The notes: a model not told the origin generated them from the sequence alone. Counted from the stretch's first letter, positions 1-14,047 are shown. The stretch: DNA of 64,000 nucleotides from Octopus sinensis (GCF_006345805.1 NC_043013.1:10478001-10542000), one strand, 5' to 3'. Program-made: numbers and translations.

Positions 1-1
1 T

Positions 2-56
<55 letters not shown>

Positions 57-437
57 TATATATATATATATATATTTATATATATGTATATATACACACA
101 GAGACAAATATACATACAGAATATATTTAATTCCCATGATTGAAGATTAACAGCACGCTTGAAACTCTGAGTACTTGTGAATTTGAAGCAAACTGATTTG
201 ATCCATAGATGTAATTCTCAATAAATATGTTGAATGCCTTTCTTTCGTTTATCTACTCACTCGCGTATATATATATATATGTGTATATGTGTGTGTGTGT
301 GTGTGCGTGCGTGTGCGTGCGTGTGTATGAGTGTGAGTATGAGTATATTTATATATATATATATATATATACATAGAGAGAGAGAGACAGACAGAGACAG
401 AGAGACAGATATATATATATATATATATATATATAAT

Positions 438-445
438 AGATAGAT

Positions 446-532
<87 letters not shown>
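438..532. repeat. (GATA)n microsatellite, within a compound (TA)n/(TG)n/(GA)n tract starting at base 1
   Basis: Direct reading of tandem gata units. Confidence 0.95.
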
Positions 533-533
<1 letters not shown>

Positions 534-578
534 GTATATACATCCACATATTTATATGCGGTTAAGTATATATCCGGT

Positions 579-647
579 CATAGAGTGACCAATGATTTCG
601 CACCCATAAAGCACTTAGCTTTATGGACGCCTCGCCAGATCTTTATG
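579..647 (-). ncRNA. Type I hammerhead ribozyme-like motif (one core mismatch)
   Basis: Minus strand: cataaagat CTGGCGA g-gcgt-ccataaagc-taagt-gctttatgg-gtgc GAAA tcattg GTC actctatg. Long stem II, near-palindromic stem III, GUC triplet, imperfect stem I. Core has A6G. Confidence 0.6.
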
Positions 648-1051
648 TCGAAGGGCATATACATCTTCAAGGAATGGAGGTAGACATCCGTTACATTTTG
701 TATCCACCCTGGGGGCATCGAGTAAGTGACGTTCCTGGAAATGCGACAAAACAACGAAACAAGACGGACCAACAAAGATCAAAAAGGGGAAAAAAAACGA
801 AATAAATAAGCAGAATATGTCTTTTGCGCCAAGCGAAGAGGAAAAAAAAAATAATAATACTTGCACAAAATAAAATTCTACATGAAGAACAAAAATGCCG
901 TGAAGTAGCAGACAGATAAGTTTGAAGTAGCGCAAAGGCGAATGAAAACTTTCCTACTGGGTTTAAACAAACGCAAGAGAAAGGTAGATTCAGGAGCTGA
1001 GAGAAGTGCGACCGATCAGGTCGAAGGCAACGCGAAAAAAAATGATACTGC

Positions 1052-1272
1052 TTGGCAGAACCGTTAGCACGCCGGGCGAAATGCGTAGCCGTATTTCGTC
1101 TGCCGTTACGTTCTGAGTTCAAATTCCGCCGACGTCGATTTTGCTTTTCATTCTTTCGGTGTCGATAAATTAATTACCAGTTACGCCCTGAGATCGATGT
1201 AATCGACTTAATTCGTTTGTCTGTCCTTGTTTGTCCCCTCTATGTTTAGCCCCTTGTGGGTAATAAAGAAAC
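1052..1272 (+). mobile_element. tRNA-derived SINE, family B (Deu/Nin-like central domain)
   Basis: tggcagaaccgttagc...gagttcaaattcc (A/B-box-like head) followed by ctttcat(c)ctttcgg(g)gtcgataaatta-type domain. Repeated many times in the window. Confidence 0.85.
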
Positions 1273-2931
1273 ATATGGAAAGTGGTAGTGGGAGGAGGGA
1301 GAAAGAGTGAGAGGGAACAGCAGGGAAGGAGAGAGAAAATTTGAAATGGACGTGAAAGAAAGGAAAGAAACAGACTAAAGTGGCACAAGAAATATTGCAA
1401 GAATATTTTCTACGAATGGATAAAAAATAAGGAGTGTGTTGCGTTACGTAAATAATAGTTCCAGAAGTCAAAAACGTAGATATATAAGAGTATCTTTTGT
1501 GTGTGTGTGTAAGATGTTTTGTGTCAATATATACAACATATGCGCGCCCGACTATGTTTGCATAAAAGTGTTTATTCTACAAAGTGAGTTACAACTCAAG
1601 CACCTCTCCTGCCTAAAACGGGCCGGACATGTCTGTAAGAAGGAATCTTGGTACGGATAGATCTTATAGCTGACAACTGATCAAACACGACTAGATGGAA
1701 CAAGACTAGGCCAGAACAAGCCAGATTAGATTTGATATGTAAAATATCCCAAGATTGCTTGTTCTCAAATGACAAACAGAATATACATGTATATGTGTGT
1801 GTGAGAGAGAGAGAGGTACAGAGAGAGAGAGAGACAGACAGACAGACAGTGACAGAAAATCTGTGCTCGCTTACACTAAATTGATTCCATCTTGGAAAGA
1901 CTCATCTCGCACAAGCTTTTTTTTTTCTTTTTTTTTTGCTGTTTACTGTAAGGGAACAAAAGTCTCTGCTTAACTGCGAATGATCGAGGCATCATCACTG
2001 AAGTGGCAAAATTACTCGAAACGCTGTATCTTGCAGACCGGTGACGTTGTTTGGAATGTGATGTATTTTTAAACATAAGCTCTCAGAATCTTTTTGCGAA
2101 TGATTTTCCTTTCTTGTCAGAATAGTATTCAGAATGTTTTGTTTTTTTCTCAATGGCTCTTTTGAAAACTTTTGAGGGCTCTTTTGAAATCTGTTGAGAA
2201 AGGAAAAAGAAGGCATAGTTGATCTAGGGATCTGGTTCCATTGCTAACACAGTGAACCCACTACCTTACTCAAATGTGTCCTTTTGTATTACATATTTTC
2301 AGGAATCTTAGTATTTATTATCGCGCTGAACCTGTTTCTGTTTAGCTATATTGAACTTCTATCACTAATGGTTCTGCACGTACAATATATTTTCTATATA
2401 ACCATAGGTAGTTTTTCTTGACATAACTGGAGCTTAGAAACACCCACTCACGCGCACACCCACCCACACACATGTACGTGTATGTACCATACATACGTGC
2501 GCGCGTGTGTTTGTGCGTGTAGTTTTGTATACTTATATAGCGTGCATATCTCATAGTTTGTATATAATTATATATACATAGTTAACGTGTAGTTGTTCAT
2601 CAACGTAACACTTAAAACGGCCAAAACAATTGAGATATAACTGTTTAAAAAGGCTTCAAGTGTGTTGGGAAGTGAGATTCTAGGGATCTTTCTCTGTTGT
2701 TTATCAGCTTCTGTCTTGATAGTTATTATGCCTCTATTTAAGTGTTCTCGTTTGTAATATAAGAATAAGTTTACGCATATATGTATGTCAGTATGTATAT
2801 GCACATATATATATATATATATATATTTATTTATATATATATATATATATATGCGCGTGTGTGTGTATGTGTAAGTGTGTGTGCGTATATATATATGTAT
2901 ATGTATATGCATACTCTCTCTCTCTCTCTCT

Positions 2932-2966
<35 letters not shown>

Positions 2967-3133
2967 CAACGGTTTTGTAAAATTGCAAGCATGATTGTAT
3001 GGTTAAGGAGCTCTCGTGCTGTAACCATGTGGTTTCGTGTTCAATCCTACATTACAACACCTTGAGAAACTGTCTTCTGTTACATTTCTGACAATACTTA
3101 CAATGCCTCGTCAATGAAATTATGAACTGTGTC

Positions 3134-3210
<77 letters not shown>

Positions 3211-3519
3211 CGCTGTTTTGCGTGTGTATGTGTGTCTGTGTGGTGCGTGAGAGAGAGAAAGAGTATTCCATGCTTGACCGCTATATCCTGAGGGTTTTTT
3301 TTTAAATCCTGTCTTTATTTTTTCTTATTTTCACCCCTACAATACCTGACAACCGGTGTTGGTTTGATTACATTCCCATAACTTGGTAGTTCTGAGACAA
3401 ATAGAGGGATAAAATAAGTACTAGACTTTTAAAAATACTTACTATGGCCGAATTGTTCTATCAAATTCTTCCAAGAATGTAACCCGTCATAGCCACAGTC
3501 AAAAGCTGAAACAAGTATA

Positions 3520-3730
3520 ACCCTTTCTACGGGAAGCACAAGGCCTCAAATTTAGGGGAAGGAATTAAGTCGATTAAATCGACCCCAGTGCGTAACTGGT
3601 ACTCCTTTTATCGACCTCGAAAGGATGAAAAGCAAACTCGATCTGCGCGGAATTTGAACAACGTAACGGTAGACAAAAGACTGCTAAGCATTTCACCCGG
3701 CGTGCTAAAGATTCTGCCAGCTCGCAGCCA
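3520..3730 (-). mobile_element. SINE family B copy
   Basis: Reverse complement of the 1052/11981 element (tcgacctcgaaaggatgaaa...ttctgccagctcgc). Confidence 0.8.
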
Positions 3731-4173
3731 TTGAAACAAATATAATATATAAGATATGCATGGACCAGTGTGCATGGGTTTCCATGCATGTATTTGCTGT
3801 TATTTTAGTTGATATTCTTGTTTATTCATTGCCCAACGCTTACCACTAACACTGATATATGATGGATGCAGTCCAGATTTGTTTATTCCATATTTATAGA
3901 TTACCAAGACAGGATTTTTCCAATGTATTCTTGCATTCTCAAGAATCTATAGAGAAACTGAACATCACTTTTTGTTGTTATTTCTAGCAAAGTAAGAAAA
4001 GGCGTAGATGGTTCTTCATCCAACATGTATGTTTCTGTAAATAAAGTACGTATTTTCATTTTCTGTGTTAACTTGCATTGCACCTTGACAGTGGCTTTGT
4101 TGATGCAGTACTTCAAGGCTACATACTGTTGTGCATTTAAGCTGACGTCATCTGAATACTTCTTCTATATATT

Positions 4174-4255
<82 letters not shown>

Positions 4256-4700
4256 ATATATGTATATATATTAACCTTGATAGGACTACAGAAGAGCTAA
4301 GATAATATGGGAATCACGTGTCCCCCATATTAAATGACTTTGCCAAATGTAAATTAATCTATTATGTTTCCCAGGTTTTATGCTGTGAGATCAGATTAAA
4401 TACATACTCAGGGTATATTCATAACCTATTATCTATCTATCTATCTATCTAGCTTGCCAGCTATCCATATGTAGTTATATGTATGTTTTCTTATATAAAT
4501 ATATATATAAATATACACACATATATAAAGGAGTGTGTGTGCGTGCGTACGTGTGTGCAGCTGTGTATGTGTGTGTCTAGATATATACATATATATATAT
4601 TTCTGTGTGCGTATCTGAGTGTGTTAGTGTGCATGGATTAATTAAATACTTTTCTTTAAAGTTGCCGAAAAATGTATCTCCTCTATATAATGTGTATATA

Positions 4701-4930
4701 TACTCTTTACGCTTTTACTCTATTACTTGTTTCAGTCATTTGACTGCGGCCATGATGGAGCACGGCCTTTAGTCGAGCAAATCGACTCCAGGACTTATTC
4801 TTAGTAAGCCTAGTACTTATTCTATCGCTTCCTTTTGCCGAACCGCTAAGTTAAGGGGACGTAAACACACCGCATCGGTTGTCAAGCGATATTGGGGGGA
4901 CAAACAAATACACACAAACACACACACACA

Positions 4931-4981
<51 letters not shown>

Positions 4982-5168
4982 TACATATATTAATATACAT
5001 ATATACGACGGGCTTCTTTAGGTTTCCGTCTACCAAATCCACTCACAAGACTTTGGTCGGCCCGAGGCTATAGTAGAGGACACTTGCCCATATTGCCACG
5101 CAGTGGTACTGTACCTGGAACCATGTGGTTCGTAAGCAAGCTACTTACCGCACAGCCCCTCCTGCGCC
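4701..5168 (-). mobile_element. tRNA-derived CORE-type SINE, family A, full length
   Basis: Reverse complement of ggcgcagg...tgtgtggtaag...ggttc head, CORE-like (cc)ttgggcaagtgtc segment, internal (TA)/(TG) tract and gagtaaaa-type tail. Confidence 0.9.
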
Positions 5169-5374
5169 TATATATTAGTAAAAACTAAAAATTTTGAATT
5201 GTGGCTATGAGTTTCATGTTTTCAATTGTTCAAGCCATTTAAATAAGGTTCTAGAGCAACAGTATATAATGTGACGCCACTTCCTCAATTTAATAATACG
5301 AATAAGCAGTTGTGAGATCTTTCAGAGTAACGTTTCTAGAAATATTACATCCTGTAATATTAATTTTGTTTCCA

Positions 5375-5582
5375 TCTATAAGCACAAGGCCCGAAACTTT
5401 TGCAGGGTGGAGCATACTCAATTGCATCGATCCCAGTGCTCAACTGGTATTTTATTTATTTAACTCTAACGGAATCAATAACAACATTGACCTTGACCTA
5501 ATCCGAACTGAAAACGTAACGTTTGAAGAAAAACCGATAGCAATTTTGTCCAACGCAGTAACGATTCTGCCAGCTCGCCACC
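5375..5582 (-). mobile_element. SINE family B copy, diverged
   Basis: Ends in acgattctgccagctcgcc and aligns by eye to the 3520 copy. Confidence 0.7.
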
Positions 5583-6039
5583 TAACTGATACATAAATAT
5601 ATAATGTAGTGCTATAGTAAAATATAACATAGAAATATAGTAATATATGATTATATGATATAAAAATACTACTGTTTCAAGTAATCGGATGTTGTCAGTC
5701 AAATCAAATCAGATGGGTATGTTCGATTTTTAGTGCTCTCAAATTTAAATTTAATGAAATCTTGTGCTGATGACAGGAATGTAGGAATAGGGATGTATTT
5801 CTAGCAACTCTATATCTGACTAACCCAGGAACGCGTTTACAAGTAATCTATTTTCGAGTGAACTTTCTTTATTTTTCCCTCTATGCCTACGTGAATTGTT
5901 TTTGAGTATACATTGTCTGGTAGACTCTTCTTATAGTAGAGGAAATAGCTAAATTCTTTGGCTGCTATTTCTAAAAGTTCGGTGTGTAGTAAAGCAAAGT
6001 TTTTTTTGCGGAACCCTAATTATATAAAGTAGTATATAT

Positions 6040-6246
6040 ATAGGGAAAGTTTAGGAAAATAAACACAAGACGAAGGCAGGTGGAGTACAAACAAACAAAT
6101 GTATTAGTATAGCGCTCGGGAATAGAAAAAGTCTTTTACGTTTCGAGCCTATGCTCTTCGACAGAAAGATACACAGATAAAAACAAGGAGAGAAAAAAAT
6201 GCGTGTAGTAGCTAACGATCTATCATTGCGTCCTGACTTCGGACAA
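6040..6246 (-). mobile_element. ORF-less Penelope pLTR-like element carrying a minimal HHR (6131-6170), flanked by (TA)n
   Basis: Minus strand: tcttt CTGTCGA a gagc-atag-gctc GAAAC GTA aaaga. Homologous to 52200-52385 on the opposite strand. Confidence 0.7.
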
Positions 6247-6849
6247 TATATATATATATATATCCATATATGTGTGTGTGCTTACCTGTATATATATATA
6301 TATATATATATACACTAAACCATGCGGTTTCGGTTTCTGACTTAGCTATGGCTCCCCAATGTCAATATTTTTATTGTAAGATTTATTGCAGGAACGGAAT
6401 GGAGAAGCGTGGATTTTAAACAGAAGTACTCTGAAGAGCTACTAGGTTCTAATAGTATCTTAGATTCGTCTCTGTAACATTTCGCTAATCACAAATACAA
6501 TAAGCTCTTCTCTTTCACTCACAGACACACCAATCTGTTTGCGCATCGAATTAAACAGAGAAGAAACTTTCAAACTTGGTACTTACTACTTATCTTAGCA
6601 GAAAAGTTAATTTAAATATACGAAACCAATCAATAGAAAATTATGCACTATCGTTGTCGTTTAGTAATTTTCTTATTAGATAAAAGCACCATTCCACAAC
6701 TTAAAGATGTAAGGGTGGTTTTGTGATCATAATCTGATATAGCCATGTTATTGTTGTATATATGTATATTGTAGTATAAACATATATATACATATATATA
6801 TAGCACGATTATCTTCATCATCATCATCATTAATGTTGATACTACTGAA

Positions 6850-6877
6850 GTAGTAATAGTTGTAGTAGTAGTAGTAC

Positions 6878-6922
<45 letters not shown>

Positions 6923-6945
6923 AGTAGTAGTAGTAGTAGTAGTGA
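6850..6945. repeat. (TAG)n microsatellite
   Basis: Direct reading. Confidence 0.95.
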
Positions 6946-7045
6946 GATAATGGTAGCTGTAATGAGCATTATGGTTTTACATTAGCGTTGATGTAAGAGC
7001 GTCGCATTATAGCAATTCTGTTTCGTTGTGTATGTGTGCATGTGT

Positions 7046-7084
<39 letters not shown>

Positions 7085-7512
7085 CGAGTGCTTATGTCTG
7101 TGTATGCATTTGTGTATTCGTGTATGTGAGTCTGTTAGTGTGTGTATATGTGTCTGTGTATGCATGTACGGTTGTGTGGGCTTGTGCTGTGTTTCTCAGA
7201 GAAGCAAAGGAAATGTGTCTAGAAGTGATTAATTGATATGATTACTCATTGACGCTGGCTAAAATTTGGGTAACGATTTCATATAATAACGATTGAATAT
7301 GAAAAGACAAAAAGTTTTCAGTGAATGGATGTAGGCTCCGTATAAAAGAAGATAATCTACAAAGAAGCACATAGAAATACACATAAGAAAACACAGAATA
7401 TGACAAAAAAATTCATTGTATTAAATCACACAGCGGCATACAAAAATGTATACGTATATATGTATTCACCGGTATGTACATATGTATTATGTATATATAT
7501 ATATATAATATA

Positions 7513-7565
<53 letters not shown>

Positions 7566-7591
7566 CATATATATATACATATATATATATA

Positions 7592-7624
<33 letters not shown>

Positions 7625-7644
7625 CTATATATAATATATATATA

Positions 7645-7744
7645 NNNNNNNNNNNNNNNNNNNNNNNNNNNNNNNNNNNNNNNNNNNNNNNNNNNNNNNN
7701 NNNNNNNNNNNNNNNNNNNNNNNNNNNNNNNNNNNNNNNNNNNN
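7645..7744. other. Assembly gap (100 N)
   Basis: Run of n. Confidence 1.
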
Positions 7745-9310
7745 CTTGGTAAACCAGCTTTAAACTTTCTATATGAGGGTTCTAGTCCGATCTATAATCT
7801 TTCACTCACTTTCCTTGGCAGGTACAGGCGGTCTGTATCTGCCTTTGGATGGTGCATTTTATTGGCAGTTAAGTGTCTTTATGTAAATTTTCTGTAGGTC
7901 AAGTAGGTTCCAGTTGATGACATTGAAATTATATTTTATAAAAGATACTGCAAAGGTGATAACAGTTTCTATGCTGTTCTTGGAGTTCACTTCAGTTTTC
8001 AGGAACAGCCTTACTCTTCCGCAGAACTCTTTCGAATCTTCTCCTTCATTTGTGCGTACTGAATATGATTACCCTCAATTATGCCAAGATAAGTTTAACT
8101 TCCTTCTAGATATAGTTCTTTTATGGCTGTTCTTCGTCATGGTGAATAAAACATGTAAATTTTTACCTTTCAAAAATTGCTTTTCCACCTTTATCGAGAC
8201 CACAACTCATACCGCTATCATTTGCCGTTGTTAAAATCCTACTAAATCTCTGTCCTTGCTAGCATACAACGTTGAAGCGTCCATAAAGGAGAAATAGTTA
8301 TTGCTTGGTTTATATTCATGCGTTGTGTTGTTTTATTTCATTTGAAAGTGTTGTTTTAGTTCAATTGAATTGTTGAGAGAGAATAACCTGGGAAAATGCC
8401 ATACCTTATTTAGAGTTTATTAAAATGCATCGGTCTACTGCTGCGATTAAGGAAAAGAGATGCGGCACATATATTCATAACATGTCGGAGAAAATATGAG
8501 ATTACCGGAGTGATGTTGTACTTATCCAGAATTTTCAATTTCCACTTATGGAAGTCACTATCAAAATTCTTTTTGAGACAGTTTTCAAGAATCATCCTTT
8601 TTTTCAACAACTGAACTAAACAACCATATGTGTTTCGTTTATTACGTTTTCATTCTTATGGTTTGATCTTATTTACTTCGAGAAGAGAAAGGAGTGCTTT
8701 CTGTCTGATAGCATCAGTTTAGAAGCTTGTAAGCTATGGTGAAACATGTGATGGACTTATAGCTCTTTATGGTTTTAGCTTCTATTATTATGGGAAGGGG
8801 ACATGTAGTTCCTTCCATCAACCAGTTTGCGGTTTCATTAGGATTTTCAATAATGAGAGTGATTTTACAGGTTATACCTTATGCTTCCCTTTAAGCGTGT
8901 GCAACCTGTGATTTAATATTCGGTCTATCCTCACTCAGTGTCTTCGATTTACGTGATTTACTGAGGGTCTATCTCAGTTCTCGCAGTTGCGTTCGCTCCA
9001 GTTGTTCAACTTCCTTCAGTCTTTCATGTTTTCTATTGATTCTCGAAACTTCCTCCCTGTATTCCTTTGGATTTCTCCCAATGTTCTTCCAAAATTTCTC
9101 TACTTCTTCTGTATTTGGTACTCCCTTTAACCTCTACTTCTTATTTCCTTAATCCGCCATAGAAAATTTACGTCCGTCTGGAAAATTTTCCTTTGTTTCT
9201 AGAACTTATTTCGCTCGTTAAATATTCGGGCCTTTTGCACTTTACGTAAATACGCTGCTTCAAGGTTTCCTGGATGGTATGGATCGCATCTTATCTACTT
9301 ATATTTTATT
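7745..9310 (-). pseudogene. Decayed non-LTR retrotransposon reverse transcriptase, R4/Dong-like (RLE clade)
   Basis: Minus-strand translation across frameshifts gives motifs in the expected order: NWLMEGTTCPLP..KSYKSITCF (YRPITCL), KKNFDSDFHKW (KKAFDSVPH), IRYGIFPGYSLS (GIFQGDSLS), FMDASTLYA (YMDDLKLYA), GMSCGLDK (FGLDKC), TYLGII, and HHPKADTDRLYLPRK, which is typical of R4/Dong. Confidence 0.8.
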
Positions 9311-10968
9311 CCCCTCCTCTCAAATTTGTTGGCCCTGTGCCAAACTTTGATCGAATAAATATATGCTCTGATTTCTCTCTCCTGCCTTAATTGACCAGAT
9401 TAAATCATTTACATAAAAAATGTTTCTTTTCAATATGGATGTTTTCGTATTTCTTGAATAATTACATCAAGTATCTTAGTGCAATTTTTTTATTATGTAG
9501 GCGCAAACATATCTGTGTGGTTAAGAAGCTCGCAATACAACCTTATGGTTTCGGATTCAGTCCCACTGCACGGCATCTTTGGTAAGTGTCTTTTACAACA
9601 GCATTATACCGATCGACGCTTTGTGAGCGAACTTCTTAGACGAGAAGTGTGTGTATGAGTATGTGTATATTTTCTCATTTCTGCCATGTAATTAATGATT
9701 CACCAAAGGACACTGTTAGAATGGCTAGTAAGCATCAAACAAAAAATAATCACTGGGGTCGATTTTTTTTCACTAAAACTTTTAAAACAGTTCACTAGGA
9801 CTGTCGCAGTTCAATGTGTGAAACAAGTAAAAGATAAAATATATACTTGAGAATTAATTATCTGGTCTACGAAGAGAAAAACACAGCGCAGAGGCGTTAT
9901 CAGGATATGAACCTCTTATAGCATTTCCTTTTATTGTCCGTCTTTATTGTCTTATCTGCTCTACAACCATCGTTGCTCTTCTCGATTTTCAATTACTTTC
10001 TACTAAAGCAGTTGAAGCTTGCTTACATAACGCCTTTATACGTGACAGCATACCAAAGAAAAATTGATTCCTCGATACCTTTATAAGTACCTGCGGATAT
10101 AAATATATAATCTACAGTATCAATATGAAGCTTGTAGCATTAATATTGAATCACATCGGTGAGTTAGTATCAGTTGTGTCTATTAAATGTCTGCAATGTG
10201 AATTTAGCATCGCCTGTATCAAATTAGTGTCATCTATGTTGATTTAACCGTTTCTCTATGTTCAATTAAAAGATTTCAATGTCGATTTAACGTCACCTAT
10301 TTCTCTCTACAACTGAATTGAAGAGCTCAAGCTGTTGAAATCCGTTCCTGTCAATAATCTACTCGTATTTTTAACGCAAGCAAAAATATTTACAACTCAA
10401 TGTTGTTTAACACACCATCCCACCACGTATCGCCTCCTGTGATTGATTCGCACCAAAGACAAAGCTTGCTTCACATGTTACGCTTGTTTATGTATAACAA
10501 GGAAATAAATGTGTATTTCATTCGGGTTCCAAATCTCGAAGTGACAGTGATAAGCGAAATTGTATTTCTATTGGCTATTGATAATCGAAGCGAACTGTCT
10601 AGGTAGAAGAGATAGATTGATCGATCGAATGTTATAGAGTGTAACAGTATTTTTTATATCCTGTTGCCACACTTGCAAAGTACTGTCAAAACTAACTAAA
10701 TATAATGAAGTATGTTCTTCAACATGGATGCAAATGTGTGTGCGTGTGTGTATGTGTGTGTTTACTTAGTGGTTAAGGAATTCGTTTCGCCAATACGCTG
10801 TTTCTGATTTGGTCTCACTACATGTAGCCTTGAAAAAATTGCTATAGCTATAGCTTTGAGTTCACGAATGACTATTGAAAGCGTTTGTGTACACATGCGC
10901 ACATACGCACATGCACACACACATTCTCACACATGTATACATACACTCATACACACACATGTATATAT

Positions 10969-11006
<38 letters not shown>

Positions 11007-11154
11007 GGCGTAGGATTGGCTGTGTGGTAAGTAGCTTGCTTACGAACTACATGGTTCCTTGGGCAAGTGTCTTCTACTATAGCCACGGGCCAACCAAAGC
11101 CTTGTGAGTGGATTTGGTAGACGGAAACTGAAAGAAGCCCATCGTATATATGTT

Positions 11155-11187
<33 letters not shown>

Positions 11188-11387
11188 AAATGTTTGTGTG
11201 TCTGTGTTTGTCCCCCTCCCCCAACATCGCTTGACAACCGATGCTGACGTAGCGGTTCGGCAAAAAGAGACCGATAGAATAAGTACTAAGCTTACAAAGG
11301 ATAAGTCCTGGGGTCGATTTTCTCGACTAAAAGGCGGTGCTCCAGCATGGCCACAGTCAAATGACTGAAACAAGTAAAAGAGTAAAA
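11007..11387 (+). mobile_element. SINE family A copy with internal deletions
   Basis: ggcgtaggattggctgtgtggtaagtagc...cttgggcaagtgtcttc...gaaacaagtaaaagagtaaaa. Confidence 0.9.
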
Positions 11388-11980
11388 AATCGTATATGCA
11401 AGTAAGTATGGATACGTTAACGTTTCAGATATATATATACGGAAATGTTCTCATATACATCAAAATATGATTAGTTACCAGTACGTAGATATTTGATTTG
11501 TTGGTGAAAGAAAAAATCTCTCTAAAATACCTCATACATTCATCTATTCAGCTGTCATGCACAAGTCATTATATTTTCATCTATTCCCTTGTAAGAATGC
11601 ATGATATTTACCTGTTTTCACAATCCTTACTAACGAAATACAGAAAGTATGAGAGGCAACTAATATTAATAGTAGGAATGAACAAATATTTTTTTGATCA
11701 TTGGAAGTTTCGTTATTTATTTTTATTTATTTTTATATTTATATGACTACATTCCAGTTTAGCCCAATCAGTTACAAGGGAAAAACTATTCGAACCAGTT
11801 AATATTTCAAAATTTCTCGCGAAATGCAGGCGGGAGGGGAAACAAGAATTCGGCAATACCGAATTGTTGATCAAAATTTCAAAATGCTGTCATCGAATAT
11901 CATACAATAGATTTTGTGCTTGTTAATACTTACATGCCTTACACTTCAGATATCTTCATATAGTTAAGTAGCGATGTGTC

Positions 11981-12200
11981 GGCGGCGAGCTGGCAAAGCC
12001 GTTAGCATGCCGGGCGAAATGCGTAGCCGTATTTTGTCTGCCATAACGTTCTGAGTTCAAATTCCGCCGAGGTCGACTTTGCCTTTCACCCTTTCGGGGC
12101 CGATAAATTAAGTACCAGTTACGCACTTGGGTCGATGTAATCAACTTAATTCGTTTGTTTGTCCCCTCTATGTTAGCCTCTTGTGGGTAATAAAGAAACA
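11981..12200 (+). mobile_element. SINE family B copy, full length
   Basis: ggcggcgagctggcaaagccgttagc...gagttcaaattccgccgaggtcgactttgcctttcaccctttcggggccgataaattaagtaccag...taataaagaaa. Confidence 0.9.
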
Positions 12201-12420
12201 TATATTGTATGATCTTTTTTAAACATTCTTAGTAAGCTATATTTAACATTTTGTTTTACTGCTATCATAATTTCAGAGCATATCTCGATACACTAATGCT
12301 CTTGATAGACACATAATGTACGAAGAAACACTTATACAGGAGAAACATTTTGTGTATTTATACTGAAAAAGCTTCTTCTGTATACACTGGTTATAGAAGG
12401 CGTAGTAATTCACTATACCC

Positions 12421-12636
12421 TACTCTTTAACTCTTTTACTTGTTTCAGTTATTTGACTGCGGCATGCTGGAGCACCGCCTTTAATCGAGCAACTCGACCC
12501 CGGGACTTATTCTTTTTGTAAGCCCAGTACTTATTCTATCGGGCTCTTTTGCCGAACCGCTAAGTAACTGGGACATAAACACACCAGCATCGGTTGTCAA
12601 GCAATGCTAGGGGGACAAATACACACACACACACAT

Positions 12637-12684
<48 letters not shown>

Positions 12685-12846
12685 GACGCGCTTTTTCAGT
12701 TTCCGTCTACCAAATACACTCACAAGGCTTTGGTCGGCCTGAGGCTATAGTAGAAGACACTTGCCCAAGGTGCCACGCAGTGGGACTGAACCCGGAACCA
12801 TGTGGTTGGTAAACAAGCTACTTACCACACAGCCACTCCTGCGCCT
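12421..12846 (-). mobile_element. SINE family A copy, full length
   Basis: Near-identical to the 30862 and 33209 copies. Confidence 0.92.
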
Positions 12847-13354
12847 ATAGAGCTGATATCCAAAGTATCGTATGATATATTAGAACTATGTGGAAATATA
12901 TGATTGAGAAAAATTGAGGCAACATTAAAAAGAACGTTCTGAGTTATGTCTGTTGTGTAATATTTCATGTTCTAGTTTTCTGTTTATAGATAATAGCGTT
13001 TATCTGTATGCTATTTATTTTGTTGAAGTCACTATCTTTTCATACATTATCATAATAATAAGTAACACGGCTAAAAGAGATCAAGTCAGAAGATATGACG
13101 TATAAATGTTTATTAATGATATTTATTAAACTTTTAAGGTTCACCGGGAACGTTTAGAATTATATTCATATATTATAATTTATCGTTGTATTTACCATCA
13201 AGTCGTACTTATTAAAACCTACGTTTACATTTTTCTTTTGAAACTACTTATATTTTGATTCATTTCTGTGCGATGTTCAAATCTAAAATCTTGTTTAGGA
13301 TAAAGAACACTTAGTTAATTGCATGAATTTTCCATCTTTGTGGTATTGATCAAA

Positions 13355-13632
13355 GCGCAGGAGTCGCTGTGTGGTAAGTATAGGCGCAGGAGTGGCTGTG
13401 TGGTATGTAGCTTGCTTACCAACCACATGGTTCCGGGTTCAGTCCCACTGCGTGACACCTTGGGCAAGTATCGCCTACATACGTCCTCGTAACTTAGCAG
13501 TTCGGCATAAGGAACCGATAAAATAAGTACTAGGCTTACAAAGAATAAGCCCTGGGTTCGATTTGCTCGACTAAAGGTGGTGTTCCAGCATGGCCGCAGT
13601 CAAATGACTGAGACAATTTAAAAGGTAAAAGA
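13355..13632 (+). mobile_element. SINE family A copy with duplicated 5' head and internal deletion
   Basis: gcgcaggagt(c/g)gctgtgtggta occurs twice in tandem, followed by the family body. Confidence 0.85.
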
Positions 13633-14047
13633 TTCTATTCGGACAAAAATTCATTTGGCGTTTCCATTGTATATGTCCTGTCTTTATCAAGCAATTATTG
13701 GTCATTACCTTTACAACCCAATGAATTACATTACAATAGCCAAGGACTCCTACCGGATATTAACATTATTCAGATAATAATAATATTTGAATCGTTAATT
13801 GGAAGAATCTAACCGTTTCTTGTGAGTGTGCGTGTGCTTTTGTGAAACTTTAGGTTACTAACGGATATAAATCTATTACATTTAAGTTCCTAATCCATTT
13901 AATATCTAATAAGCTTTCATTCCAAAATTATGTGTGATGCGTTTAAAATTTAAGATGACGAATTCCAAAACATGCTTATTGAACCTACCTTATTTATTAA
14001 TATTCATTTTTAATTAGTAAGAAAACTTGCATTATGATATTTCAATA

